Source: an uncultured Planctomycetia bacterium (GTDB lineage Bacteria > Omnitrophota > Gorgyraeia > Duberdicusellales > 4484-171). From it: a stretch of 64,000 nucleotides of DNA. Shown piece after piece: positions 1-8,808 of the stretch (positions are counted from its first letter, which is position 1; every line of letters starts with the position of its first letter). A program made the position numbers and the translations under genes. The notes below the pieces were generated by a model, which was not told the origin of the DNA, made no database searches, and saw nothing but the letters and a program-made list of their open reading frames with translations. Location: NCBI GenBank assembly GCA_964605645.1, contig CAZSDJ010000002.1:394-64393 (forward strand), written 5' to 3'.

Positions 1-1
1 A

Positions 2-1561
2 GAAACTTCAACTACCGCAATTACCAGCCTAATTTTTGAAGGCCTAACCAGAACAAACGGTGTAACTCAAGAGGTTGAACCAAACCTGGCTAAAGCCTGG
101 GAAGTTTCAGAAGATGGAAGGGTTTGGACATTTTATTTAAGAGAAGATGCAAAATGGTTTGACGGCGAGCCTTTTACTGCAGATGATGTGGTGTTTACCT
201 TCCGGCGGCTTATCTTTAATCCTGAGATTGAAACCAGCGCCCGGGATATTTTTACAGTTGAGGGGAAAATTATAAAAGTTAAAAAAATAGATGATTTTAC
301 TGTAGAGTTTAATTTGCCTACTAAATTTGCTCCTTTTTTGCGGGCGATGCCACAAAGCATTTTACCTAAACACCTCTTAGCTGATGTGGTAAAAAAAGAT
401 GAATTTAATTACTTCTGGGGGATAAACACAAAGCCGGAGGAATTGGTAGGAACCGGCCCTTTTAAATTAAGTAAATACCTTTCCGGTGAAAGGATAGTTT
501 TAGAGAAAAATAAAAATTACTGGCGCAGAGGTAAAGGCGGATGCAGGCTTCCCTTTTTAGAAAAAGTAGTCTATGTTATAGTCCAAAATCAAGATGTTGC
601 TTTGTTAAAATTCCTGGAAGGTGAGATTGATTATGTAAGTATAAGAGGCCAGGACTATCCGATCATAAAACCAGCCGAAAAAAAAGGGAATTTTACAATT
701 TATAACGTGGGGCCGGTTTTAAGCTCTAACTTTTTAGTTTTTAATCAAAACAACCGTATAAATCCTAAAACCGGCAAACACTATATTAGCCCTCAAAAAT
801 TAGGTTGGTTCAATGAAGAAAATTTTAGAAAAGCAGTAGCTTATGCGATTGACCGGCAAGCGATAATTGATATTGTTTTTAACGGCCTCGGTTACAGGCA
901 ATATTCTCCCGTGCCGGAATCAGCCGGTTTTTTTCATAATCCAAAGGTAAAAAAGTATGATTATAATACGGAAAAATCTTTAGAATTATTAAAAGATATC
1001 GGAATTTACGACCGGAATCAAGATGGTATTTTAGAAGATAAAGAAGGTAACCAAATAAAATTTAATTTATTTGCGCCAGCCAGAAGTAATCAGCGCCGCG
1101 ACATTGCCAATATTATCAGAAAAGATTTAGAGGATATAGGTATTGGGGTAAATTTTGTGCCGTTAGCATTTAACCAAATTGTGGCAAAACTTGATTCAAC
1201 TTATAATTGGGATGCAATTTTAATTGGCCTAACCGGTGGGATTGAGCCTCATTTTGGCAAAAATGTCTGGAGCTCATCCGGCCATTTGCATATGTGGTAC
1301 CCTAAACAGAAGCAGCCGGCAACTAGATGGGAGGCTGAAATTGATAAGATATTTAATAAGGGAGTTCAAATTTTAGATAGAGATAAACGTAAAATTGTAT
1401 ATGATCGTTGGCAGGAAATTGTGGCTGACAAACTGCCTTTAATTTATACAGTTCAGCCGGCAAATATCTTTGCAATAAGAGATAAGTTTGGCAACTTAAA
1501 GCCTACCTCATACGGGGGAGCTTTTCATAATTTGGAAGAAATCTATATAAAAAATGATTAG
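2..1561 (+). CDS. oppA: ABC peptide/oligopeptide transporter substrate-binding protein (SBP family 5), 5'-truncated by window edge
   Basis: Frame open from nt 2 (ETSTTAITSLIFEGL...EPNLAKAWEVSEDGRVWTFYLREDAKWFDGEPFTADDVVFT), VGTGPFKL motif; followed by two permeases and two ATPases. Confidence 0.9.
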   Translation, partial: ETSTTAITSLIFEGLTRTNGVTQEVEPNLAKAWEVSEDGRVWTFYLREDAKWFDGEPFTADDVVFTFRRLIFNPEIETSARDIFTVEGKIIKVKKIDDFTVEFNLPTKFAPFLRAMPQSILPKHLLADVVKKDEFNYFWGINTKPEELVGTGPFKLSKYLSGERIVLEKNKNYWRRGKGGCRLPFLEKVVYVIVQNQDVALLKFLEGEIDYVSIRGQDYPIIKPAEKKGNFTIYNVGPVLSSNFLVFNQNNRINPKTGKHYISPQKLGWFNEENFRKAVAYAIDRQAIIDIVFNGLGYRQYSPVPESAGFFHNPKVKKYDYNTEKSLELLKDIGIYDRNQDGILEDKEGNQIKFNLFAPARSNQRRDIANIIRKDLEDIGIGVNFVPLAFNQIVAKLDSTYNWDAILIGLTGGIEPHFGKNVWSSSGHLHMWYPKQKQPATRWEAEIDKIFNKGVQILDRDKRKIVYDRWQEIVADKLPLIYTVQPANIFAIRDKFGNLKPTSYGGAFHNLEEIYIKND

Positions 1562-2519
1562 TTATATAATACGCAGGTTATTATTTTTAATTCCGCTTTT
1601 GTTAATTATGGGGCTGATTGCTTTTATCTGTATCAATCTTGCTCCGGGGAACTATTTTGATACTCTCCGGCTTAACCCTCAAGTTTCAGAACAAACTATA
1701 AAAACTTATGAGCAAAAATATCACTTAGACCAAAATGTATTTGTTCAGTATTTTTATTGGATAAAAAATATTTTGCGCCTGGATTTTGGGTATTCATTCA
1801 CTTATAATCGGCCGGTTTTTGAAGTTTTATACAGCCGGATGTTTAATACCTTTATTTTAGCTTTGTCAGTTATATTATTTAGTTGGTTTATTGCAATTCC
1901 GCTTGGGATATATTGTGCAGTTCATCAATATAAATTTTCGGATAAAATTTTTTCTTTACTATCATTTATTGGATTATCTATCCCTAATTTTTTCTTAGCT
2001 TTACTTCTTTTGTACTTAGTTTCATTAACCGGGGTTTTGCCTACCGGCGGGATGCATTCGGTAGGTTATTATGACTTATCTTTATCGCAGAAATTTATAG
2101 ATTTATTGAAGCATTTAATTATTCCCACCGTAGTTATCGGCACCGCAAGTATTGCCGGCCTGCAGCGGCTGATGCGGGGGAATTTACTGGAGGTGTTACG
2201 CAGCCAGTATGTAATTGCAGCCAGAGCTAAAGGATTACCGGAAAAAAGAGTTATTTATGTCCATGCCCTCAGAAATGCAATAAATCCGATGGTTACAATT
2301 TTTGGCGGCACCTTGCCTGCTCTTTTAAGCGGGGCAGCTTTGACCGAAATTATTTGTAGTTGGCCGGGGCTGGGATCGCTGATGCTGGAGGCGGTGATGA
2401 AACAAGATTTATTTTTATTTGCCGGGAATCTGTTGATGGTTGGTTCTCTTTTGATAATTGGTTATCTGATCGCAGATGTTTTGTTGGCTTGGGTTGATCC
2501 GAGGATTCAGTACAAGTAA
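1554..2519 (+). CDS. oppB: Oligopeptide ABC permease B
   Basis: YIIRRLL N-terminus, DFGYSF, EAA motif ARAKGLPEKRVIYVHALRNA, DPRI end. Confidence 0.9.
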   Translation: MISYIIRRLLFLIPLLLIMGLIAFICINLAPGNYFDTLRLNPQVSEQTIKTYEQKYHLDQNVFVQYFYWIKNILRLDFGYSFTYNRPVFEVLYSRMFNTFILALSVILFSWFIAIPLGIYCAVHQYKFSDKIFSLLSFIGLSIPNFFLALLLLYLVSLTGVLPTGGMHSVGYYDLSLSQKFIDLLKHLIIPTVVIGTASIAGLQRLMRGNLLEVLRSQYVIAARAKGLPEKRVIYVHALRNAINPMVTIFGGTLPALLSGAALTEIICSWPGLGSLMLEAVMKQDLFLFAGNLLMVGSLLIIGYLIADVLLAWVDPRIQYK

Positions 2520-2545
2520 ATAAGTAAAGAGGTAAAGAGGTAAAG
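2514..2545 (+). repeat. 4x 8-nt tandem array A(A/G)GTAAA(G/T) filling the oppB-oppC junction
   Basis: AAGTAAAT AAGTAAAG AGGTAAAG AGGTAAAG immediately followed by ATG 2546. Confidence 0.75.
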
Positions 2546-3643
2546 ATGAAGAGTAAAGACAAGTCAGAGAGTAGTTTCAGGAAAGGATTGAGAAAGTTAA
2601 AGCAGCATAAGCTGGCGGTGTTTTCTTTTTGGCTGTTGTTGATTTTCTATTTATCGGCTTTTTTTGCGCCAATGATTGCTCCTTATCATTACAAGACTGA
2701 AAAGAGAGCATTTAGCTATACACCGCCTTCTAAAATTCATATTATTGATGATAAAGGAAATTGGAATTGGCCTTTTATTTATCAGCGAAGTTATCAATTT
2801 AATCAATTTTATAAAAAGATTTACAAAGAAGACAAAACTGTAAAATATCCTATTAAATTATTTACAAAAGGAGATAGTTATAAATTTTTAGGTTTATTTA
2901 AAACTAATATCCATATTTTGGGAGTTGATAATCCAGCTTATCTTAATATATTAGGGACAGACTCGCGCGGCCGAGATTTATTTAGCCGGATAATTTATGG
3001 TGGGCAAATTTCTTTATCCGTTGGATTAGTAGGGGTCTTTATTGCTTTATTAATTGGGGTTTTTGTAGGAGGCATTTCCGGTTATTTTGGCGGGAAAACT
3101 GATAATTTTTTGATGCGTTTTGCTGAAATTATTATGGTTATCCCCAGTTTTTATTTAATGCTCTCTTTACGGAGTATGTTTTCATATTCGTTAACTTCTT
3201 TACAAATTTATTTTATTATTGTGTTTATTATGTCTTTTATTGGTTGGCCACAGATGGCGCGAGTGGTTAGGGGGATGGCCATATCTTTGCGCCAACGGGA
3301 ATATGTTTTGGCTTCACGCGCTCTCGGCAGCAGTCATTTTCAAACAATTAAAAAACACATTATACCGCATACATTCTCTTATTTGATAGTTTCTGTCTCA
3401 ATCTCAATCCCCGGTTATATTTTAGGAGAATCCGCTTTAAGTTTACTCGGCCTCGGAATTCAAGACCCTTATGCCAGTTGGGGCAATTTATTGTCAGAAT
3501 CGATGGCGATTGCTCAAATTAGGCTGCATCCCTGGGTACTTATCCCGGGTATTTTTATTTTTATTACAGTTATGGCCTTTAATCTATTAGGTGACGGCCT
3601 GCGGGATGCGTTCGACCCGCATGCTGATTTTATTAAAAAATAA
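2546..3643 (+). CDS. oppC: Oligopeptide ABC permease C
   Basis: LGTDSRGRDLFSRIIYG, EYVLASRALG, ESALSLLGLG, GDGLRDAFDP. Confidence 0.9.
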   Translation: MKSKDKSESSFRKGLRKLKQHKLAVFSFWLLLIFYLSAFFAPMIAPYHYKTEKRAFSYTPPSKIHIIDDKGNWNWPFIYQRSYQFNQFYKKIYKEDKTVKYPIKLFTKGDSYKFLGLFKTNIHILGVDNPAYLNILGTDSRGRDLFSRIIYGGQISLSVGLVGVFIALLIGVFVGGISGYFGGKTDNFLMRFAEIIMVIPSFYLMLSLRSMFSYSLTSLQIYFIIVFIMSFIGWPQMARVVRGMAISLRQREYVLASRALGSSHFQTIKKHIIPHTFSYLIVSVSISIPGYILGESALSLLGLGIQDPYASWGNLLSESMAIAQIRLHPWVLIPGIFIFITVMAFNLLGDGLRDAFDPHADFIKK

Positions 3644-3645
3644 TT

Positions 3646-4638
3646 ATGGAAAATATTTTAGAAGTTAAAAATTTATCTACTCATTTTGAATTAGAAAATT
3701 CAATAGTAAAAGCAGTGGAAGGAGTTAGCTTTAATTTAAAAAAAGGCGAAGTTTTAGGGCTGGTAGGTGAATCCGGTTGTGGAAAATCGGTAACAGCTTA
3801 TTCGATAGTTAATTTGGTGGATAAACCGGGCCAAATAAAAGAGGGTAAAGTAATCTTTGCAGAAAAAGATTTATTAAAAATGAATCAAAAACAACTGCAA
3901 AAAATTAGAGGCGGAGAAATTTCTCTAATTTTCCAAGAACCCCATTCGGCCTTAAATCCGGTTTATACTGTAGGTTTTCAAATTGCCGAGACTATTAGGG
4001 CTCACCATAAAAATATAAAGCAACAAGATTTAAAAAAAAGGATTGAAGAGTTACTCCTGAAAGTAGGTTTGAAATATGATCAGAAAAATAGTTACCCTCA
4101 TAATTTAAGTGGTGGCGAGGCGCAAAGAGTAATGATTGCCCAATCTTTGAGTTGCAATCCAAAGATACTAATTGCCGATGAACCAACGACTGCTTTAGAT
4201 GTAACGGTGCAGGCAAAAATTATCGAACTTTTTAAAAAATTACAAAAAGAGGAGAACTTTAGTTTAATTTTTATTACTCATGATCTTGCGTTATGTTCAC
4301 AAATTGCTGATCGGGTTGCTGTTATGTATTTAGGGCAATTAGTTGAATTAGCTGATCTAGATATGATTATCAAAGAGCCTCTGCACCCATATACCCAAGC
4401 TTTATTTGCCTCACTACCGCAAAGAGCAAAAAGAAAAGAAAAATTAAAAGCAATTGGTGGTGATGTTCCTGATGCAGATGAAAAACCGAGCGGATGTTTT
4501 TTTAATTCGCGTTGTAAAATAAAAGAAGATGATTGTCAAAATATGCGGCCCAAGCTAACAGAGGTAAAAGAAGGCCATTGGGTGAGGTGCATAAAAGTAG
4601 GGAACAGGCCTGCCTGTTCCATTAATAAAAACAATTAA
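3646..4638 (+). CDS. oppD: Oligopeptide ABC ATPase D
   Basis: GESGCGKS Walker A, ADEPTTALD, C-terminal PSGC..C..C..C Fe-S motif. Confidence 0.9.
   Translation: MENILEVKNLSTHFELENSIVKAVEGVSFNLKKGEVLGLVGESGCGKSVTAYSIVNLVDKPGQIKEGKVIFAEKDLLKMNQKQLQKIRGGEISLIFQEPHSALNPVYTVGFQIAETIRAHHKNIKQQDLKKRIEELLLKVGLKYDQKNSYPHNLSGGEAQRVMIAQSLSCNPKILIADEPTTALDVTVQAKIIELFKKLQKEENFSLIFITHDLALCSQIADRVAVMYLGQLVELADLDMIIKEPLHPYTQALFASLPQRAKRKEKLKAIGGDVPDADEKPSGCFFNSRCKIKEDDCQNMRPKLTEVKEGHWVRCIKVGNRPACSINKNN
4597..4620 (+). repeat. GTAG-type REP-like palindrome in the oppD 3' end
   Basis: GTAG + GGAACAGGC-CT-GCCTGTTCC perfect 9-bp inverted repeat. Confidence 0.6.
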
Positions 4639-4651
4639 AATAAAGATAAGT

Positions 4652-5452
4652 ATGGAAAACATTTTAGAAGTTAAAAATTTAAAAAAATATTACCCGGTTA
4701 AAAGGGGCTTGTTTTCAAAAAACAATGCTTTTGTAAAAGCTGTAGATGGAGTAAGTTTTTCGGTTCAATCAGGGAAAACTTTAGGATTGGTGGGTGAATC
4801 CGGTTGTGGGAAGAGTACTTTGGCGCGGACGATTTTAAGGTTGATTGAACCTGACTTAGGTTCTGTTTTTTTTCAAGATAAAGATATAACAAAATTATCT
4901 TACAGAGAAATGAAGGTTATTAGAAAAAATTTTCAAATTATTTTTCAAGATCCATTTGGGTCGCTTGACCCGCGCTTTACAGTTTTTGCTATAATCTCAG
5001 AAGGGATAGTAAATTTTTCAAACAATATAAAACAAGAAGCGATCTATAAAAAAATGGTAAAAGTCTTAGAAGATGTCGGCTTGTCGAAGGATATCTTGAA
5101 CCGTTATCCGCACGAATTTAGCGGCGGCCAACGGCAAAGAATAAGTATCGCCAGAGCCTTGGTGCTTGAACCGAAACTTTTAGTTTTAGATGAGCCGGTT
5201 TCATCGCTAGATGTATCAATTCAAGCTCAAATTATCAATCTTTTAATCGATTTACAAAAAAAAAGAGGCCTTAACTATATATTTATTGCCCACGATCTCT
5301 CGGTTGTAAGGCATATTTGTGATAAAGTTTGTGTGATGAGAGAGGGTAAGATTATAGAAGAAGGGGAAACTAGCAAAATATTTGAAAATCCTGAGAATTA
5401 TTATACCAAAAAGTTACTTGTATCTATCCCTAAAATTTTTTCTCAATATTAA
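4652..5452 (+). CDS. oppF: Oligopeptide ABC ATPase F (short, lacks C-terminal Cys domain)
   Basis: GESGCGKS, YPHEFSGGQRQR, DEPVSSLD. Confidence 0.9.
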   Translation: MENILEVKNLKKYYPVKRGLFSKNNAFVKAVDGVSFSVQSGKTLGLVGESGCGKSTLARTILRLIEPDLGSVFFQDKDITKLSYREMKVIRKNFQIIFQDPFGSLDPRFTVFAIISEGIVNFSNNIKQEAIYKKMVKVLEDVGLSKDILNRYPHEFSGGQRQRISIARALVLEPKLLVLDEPVSSLDVSIQAQIINLLIDLQKKRGLNYIFIAHDLSVVRHICDKVCVMREGKIIEEGETSKIFENPENYYTKKLLVSIPKIFSQY

Positions 5453-5468
5453 ATTTATTTGTTATTTT

Positions 5469-5502
5469 AATAGGTGTCTGTCCCTATTTTTGTCCCTATT
5501 TT
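5469..5502. repeat. Palindromic AATAGG-TGTCTGTC-CCTATT element with 12-bp duplication TGTCCCTATTTT
   Basis: Inverted AATAGG/CCTATT at 5469-5488; direct repeat at 5479-5490 and 5491-5502. Confidence 0.5.
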
Positions 5503-5545
5503 TGGGGATTGCGGTTTGATTCTGGCTATGATAAACTATAATGTT

Positions 5546-7327
5546 ATGAGGAATTCATCGCAAAAAGAATTGATTGATTTTATTCGGGAGAAGCAAGGCA
5601 GTATTTCAGAAGAGTTGGTGGGATATATAAAAAGATTGGCTTTTTATGATGTTTTGTACCTGTATGCTTTGTATCAAAAATTTTGGCAAGCAGAAAAAGA
5701 ACTTCAAATTGGCCATAATTTTATCCCCGCGGCACTTCTTAGTGAAAAAGAAAGAATCAAGGAGCTGAATGTAGTTGATTATAGTCAGATTAGAGATGAT
5801 TCCAGTTTAAATAAATTTGCAAAAAAAGTTAATCTTATTTGTAATCCGATGGACGCCGGACTTGGTTCATCCTTGTCGCGGCTGAGTTATTTAAAGAAAA
5901 TTTGGAAAAGTATCAATAGGAAAGGAAAGCCTCGCCTGGGGGCTAAAGGGGAAGATTTATATTTTGATATTAAGGTAGGAGATTCTAGTCAAAAAATAAA
6001 TGTTACCGAGATTAAATACTTACAAGCTATAAATGCAGCTTCCTGTTATAAAAAAATTATTATTGAAGAGCTAGTCAACGAAGAAAGCATTGATTCAATT
6101 AATGAATTTTTAGATGAAACTATTAATTTTAAGGGATTAACCTACCGGAAATTAATTGCGAAAAAGAAAAAAATAGATTTAGCCAAAAAGATGATTGTCC
6201 AAGCGTCTCTACCGACTATCGATAAAGAAAGCAAGAAGCTGACTATGAAGCGAGTTGCTCCCGGCGGCCACGGCCAGCTTGGTTCGATGGTTTTAGGAGA
6301 TGCCGCCGAAGCAAAGAATTCTTTTGCAGAGCTTTTAATTAGGGTAATTTACAACGGAGATGGCCCCAATAATTTTCCCGATCAAAAAATTATTGGATTT
6401 ATGGCAAAAAATAAAATACCGATTATTATGATTACTTCAACTAAAACTCCAATTGATCAAAAAGGGGGCCAAATTGGTTTGGAAATAACCGAAGAAGGCA
6501 ACAAGAAACCGCAAATTTTAGAGTTAGCTCAGGCAGAAGAGCAGGGACAAAAAGATATATTTAGAAAGATTGGGATAAAAGGATTTGATGAATCTATTTA
6601 CGGCAAAGCAGATAAACAATATTTTAATACCAATATTGCTCTGATAAATTATTCGGTAATTTCATCTTTTTTAAAAGATTTATACAATGTAATTGGAGCC
6701 AGAAAATTTTCTCAGATTATTAGTCCCGATTTAATTAAAAATGAAAAAATTCAAGCTAAAAAATCTTATATTCAATTAGAAGGAGCGTTAGCTTCAACTC
6801 TTTTAAATTTAGCCGGATTTATAAAAATAAATAAAGATAAAAAAGTAAAAAAGCTGATTAAGAAATATAAAGTTACTAATTTTTTAGTGATAGTAAATAT
6901 TGATAAAAAGCAAAGGACAGAATTCTTTACTCCGATTAAGTATGCTTGGGATTTTTGGTTTTATGCTTATTCGGATCATTTTAGGCTAGATATTAATAAT
7001 TTTAAGTTGGAAAATTTAAGATCAAACAGCTTACCCAGTTTTGATTTAGGTCCCTTTTATCAAGATTTAGAAAATTGTATTGAAGCTTTTGGCAAAGCCT
7101 CAACTATTGATTTAGATTTTTTGACAATCGAAGGCAAGGTATTTCTAAAAAATGCAAAATTGTCAGGAGTGGTTGTAATCGAGAATCAACTAGAGAAACT
7201 AATTGACCTCAATAATGATCTATTTAAAAATAAGCTTGAATATCAAAATCAATGTTTATTCTTAAAAGATATCAAGATAACGATTAAATCTGAGAAAAAA
7301 ATAGAAGTAGAAGAGCTAACCACTTAG
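5546..7327 (+). CDS. UTP--glucose-1-phosphate uridylyltransferase-like enzyme of the eukaryotic-type UDPGP family (start may be 5528)
   Basis: Ordered motifs MDAGLGSS, APGGHG, NGDG, DQKGG, LELAQ, FNTNIALIN, QLEGA, FTPIK, and a C-terminal beta-helix-like IEGKVFLKNAKLSGVVVI; the GTG at 5474 lies inside a repeat. Confidence 0.7.
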   Translation: MRNSSQKELIDFIREKQGSISEELVGYIKRLAFYDVLYLYALYQKFWQAEKELQIGHNFIPAALLSEKERIKELNVVDYSQIRDDSSLNKFAKKVNLICNPMDAGLGSSLSRLSYLKKIWKSINRKGKPRLGAKGEDLYFDIKVGDSSQKINVTEIKYLQAINAASCYKKIIIEELVNEESIDSINEFLDETINFKGLTYRKLIAKKKKIDLAKKMIVQASLPTIDKESKKLTMKRVAPGGHGQLGSMVLGDAAEAKNSFAELLIRVIYNGDGPNNFPDQKIIGFMAKNKIPIIMITSTKTPIDQKGGQIGLEITEEGNKKPQILELAQAEEQGQKDIFRKIGIKGFDESIYGKADKQYFNTNIALINYSVISSFLKDLYNVIGARKFSQIISPDLIKNEKIQAKKSYIQLEGALASTLLNLAGFIKINKDKKVKKLIKKYKVTNFLVIVNIDKKQRTEFFTPIKYAWDFWFYAYSDHFRLDINNFKLENLRSNSLPSFDLGPFYQDLENCIEAFGKASTIDLDFLTIEGKVFLKNAKLSGVVVIENQLEKLIDLNNDLFKNKLEYQNQCLFLKDIKITIKSEKKIEVEELTT

Positions 7328-7339
7328 AATCGCTCCCCA

Positions 7340-7368
7340 TTGACATTTACCTATATATTATATATAAT
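7340..7368 (+). promoter_or_regulatory. Consensus sigma70 promoter for lysS
   Basis: TTGACA-N17-TATAAT, 9 nt before ATG 7378. Confidence 0.85.
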
Positions 7369-7377
7369 CAGCAAGTC

Positions 7378-8808
7378 ATGGAAAACGAAGCCTTTAACAA
7401 AAATATAGACAAATTTGGCAATCCTTTTCAGGAAACCAGCTTTCCTAAGCCTTTATCTATCAAGGATATAGTTAATCAATACAGGGAAGAAAAACCGGTT
7501 TCATTAGCCGGCAGAGTTGTTTCGAAGCGGGAACACGGAAAATCGGGTTTTGCTCATTTAGCTGATGCGAGCGGAAAAATTCAAATTTATGCCCGTTTGA
7601 ATAATTTGGCTGAAAAATTTGAGTTGTTCAAAAACTTAGATATTGGCGATATTGTTGGGGTTGAAGGTAAACTTTTTATAACTAGAACCGAAGAGATTAC
7701 AGTTATAGCCGATCAGATAAAATTGTTGGCAAAAGCCTACAGGCCTTTGCCGGAGAAATGGCATGGCTTAAAAGATGTTGAAGTAAGGTATCGGCAGCGT
7801 TACCTTGATTTGATAGCTAACGACCAAGCTTGTGATGTTTTTAGAAAAAGAACAGAAATAGTGGCTTTGGTTCGAAAGTTTTTTGAAAACCTTTCATTTA
7901 TGGAAGTTGAAACTCCGATGCTGCATCATATCCCCGGCGGAGCAGCGGGACGGCCTTTTGAAACCTTTCACAACGCTACATCAAATAAAGTTTATTTGCG
8001 AATTGCTCCTGAACTTTACCTAAAAAGGCTTTTGGTGGGAGGGTTTGATAAAGTTTTTGAGATAAACAGAAGTTTTCGCAACGAGGGATTATCGAGGCGG
8101 CACAATCCGGAGTTTACGATGCTGGAAGCTTATGCAGCTTATTTTGATTATCAGTTTATGATGAAAGTTTGTGAAGATTTATTTACAAAGTTGGCAGAAA
8201 AATTTTGCGGTAGTTTAATCTTTGAATACCAAGGTAAAAAAATAGATTTTACAGCTCCTTGGCAAAGAATTTCTTTAACAAGCCTTTTTAAAAAAGAATT
8301 TGATATTAATCCCGAAGATGAATATAAAGAAGTAGTTTCAAAAATTAGCAAGAAAATAAAATTAAAAGAAGGATTGTCACGAACTCAGATACTTAAATTA
8401 TGCGAAGAGTTGATAGAAAAGAATTATCCTCAAGATAAACCGGCTTTTATTATTGATTTTTTTACTTGGACTTCGCCTTTAGCAAAGCAAAGGCCGGAAG
8501 ATCCGAATTTAGTGGAAAGATTTGAATTGTTTATCGCCGGCATTGAAGTTGCAAATGCTTATTCAGAGCTTAATGATCCGGTTGAGCAAAAACAACGGTT
8601 TTTGGCCCAGCAAAAAGATAAAGAACTTGATGCTAAAATAGATCAAGATTTTATAAAAAGCCTCCAATACGGGATGCCGCCGGCAACCGGCTTAGGAGTC
8701 GGGATAGATCGATTAGTAATGATTCTGCTCAATCAGCCTTCTATTCGGGATGTAATTCTTTTTCCTCTCTTGAAGTTAAAACAAGAATCTGAAGAAAAAA
8801 AATGTTAA
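7378..8808 (+). CDS. lysS: Lysine--tRNA ligase (class II)
   Basis: PLPEKWHGLKD, YRQRYLDL, YLRIAPELYLKRL, FRNEG, HNPEF, GMPPATGLGVGIDR. Confidence 0.97.
   Translation: MENEAFNKNIDKFGNPFQETSFPKPLSIKDIVNQYREEKPVSLAGRVVSKREHGKSGFAHLADASGKIQIYARLNNLAEKFELFKNLDIGDIVGVEGKLFITRTEEITVIADQIKLLAKAYRPLPEKWHGLKDVEVRYRQRYLDLIANDQACDVFRKRTEIVALVRKFFENLSFMEVETPMLHHIPGGAAGRPFETFHNATSNKVYLRIAPELYLKRLLVGGFDKVFEINRSFRNEGLSRRHNPEFTMLEAYAAYFDYQFMMKVCEDLFTKLAEKFCGSLIFEYQGKKIDFTAPWQRISLTSLFKKEFDINPEDEYKEVVSKISKKIKLKEGLSRTQILKLCEELIEKNYPQDKPAFIIDFFTWTSPLAKQRPEDPNLVERFELFIAGIEVANAYSELNDPVEQKQRFLAQQKDKELDAKIDQDFIKSLQYGMPPATGLGVGIDRLVMILLNQPSIRDVILFPLLKLKQESEEKKC

Noticed and set aside
3646-4690. Near-identical 5' ends of oppD and oppF (MENILEVKNL)
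   Set aside because: Expected similarity between paralogous ABC ATPases.
5474-5545. N-terminal extension MSVPIFVPIF of the UGPase-like ORF
   Set aside because: Derived from the 12-bp duplicated repeat; ATG 5528 or 5546 is a more plausible start.
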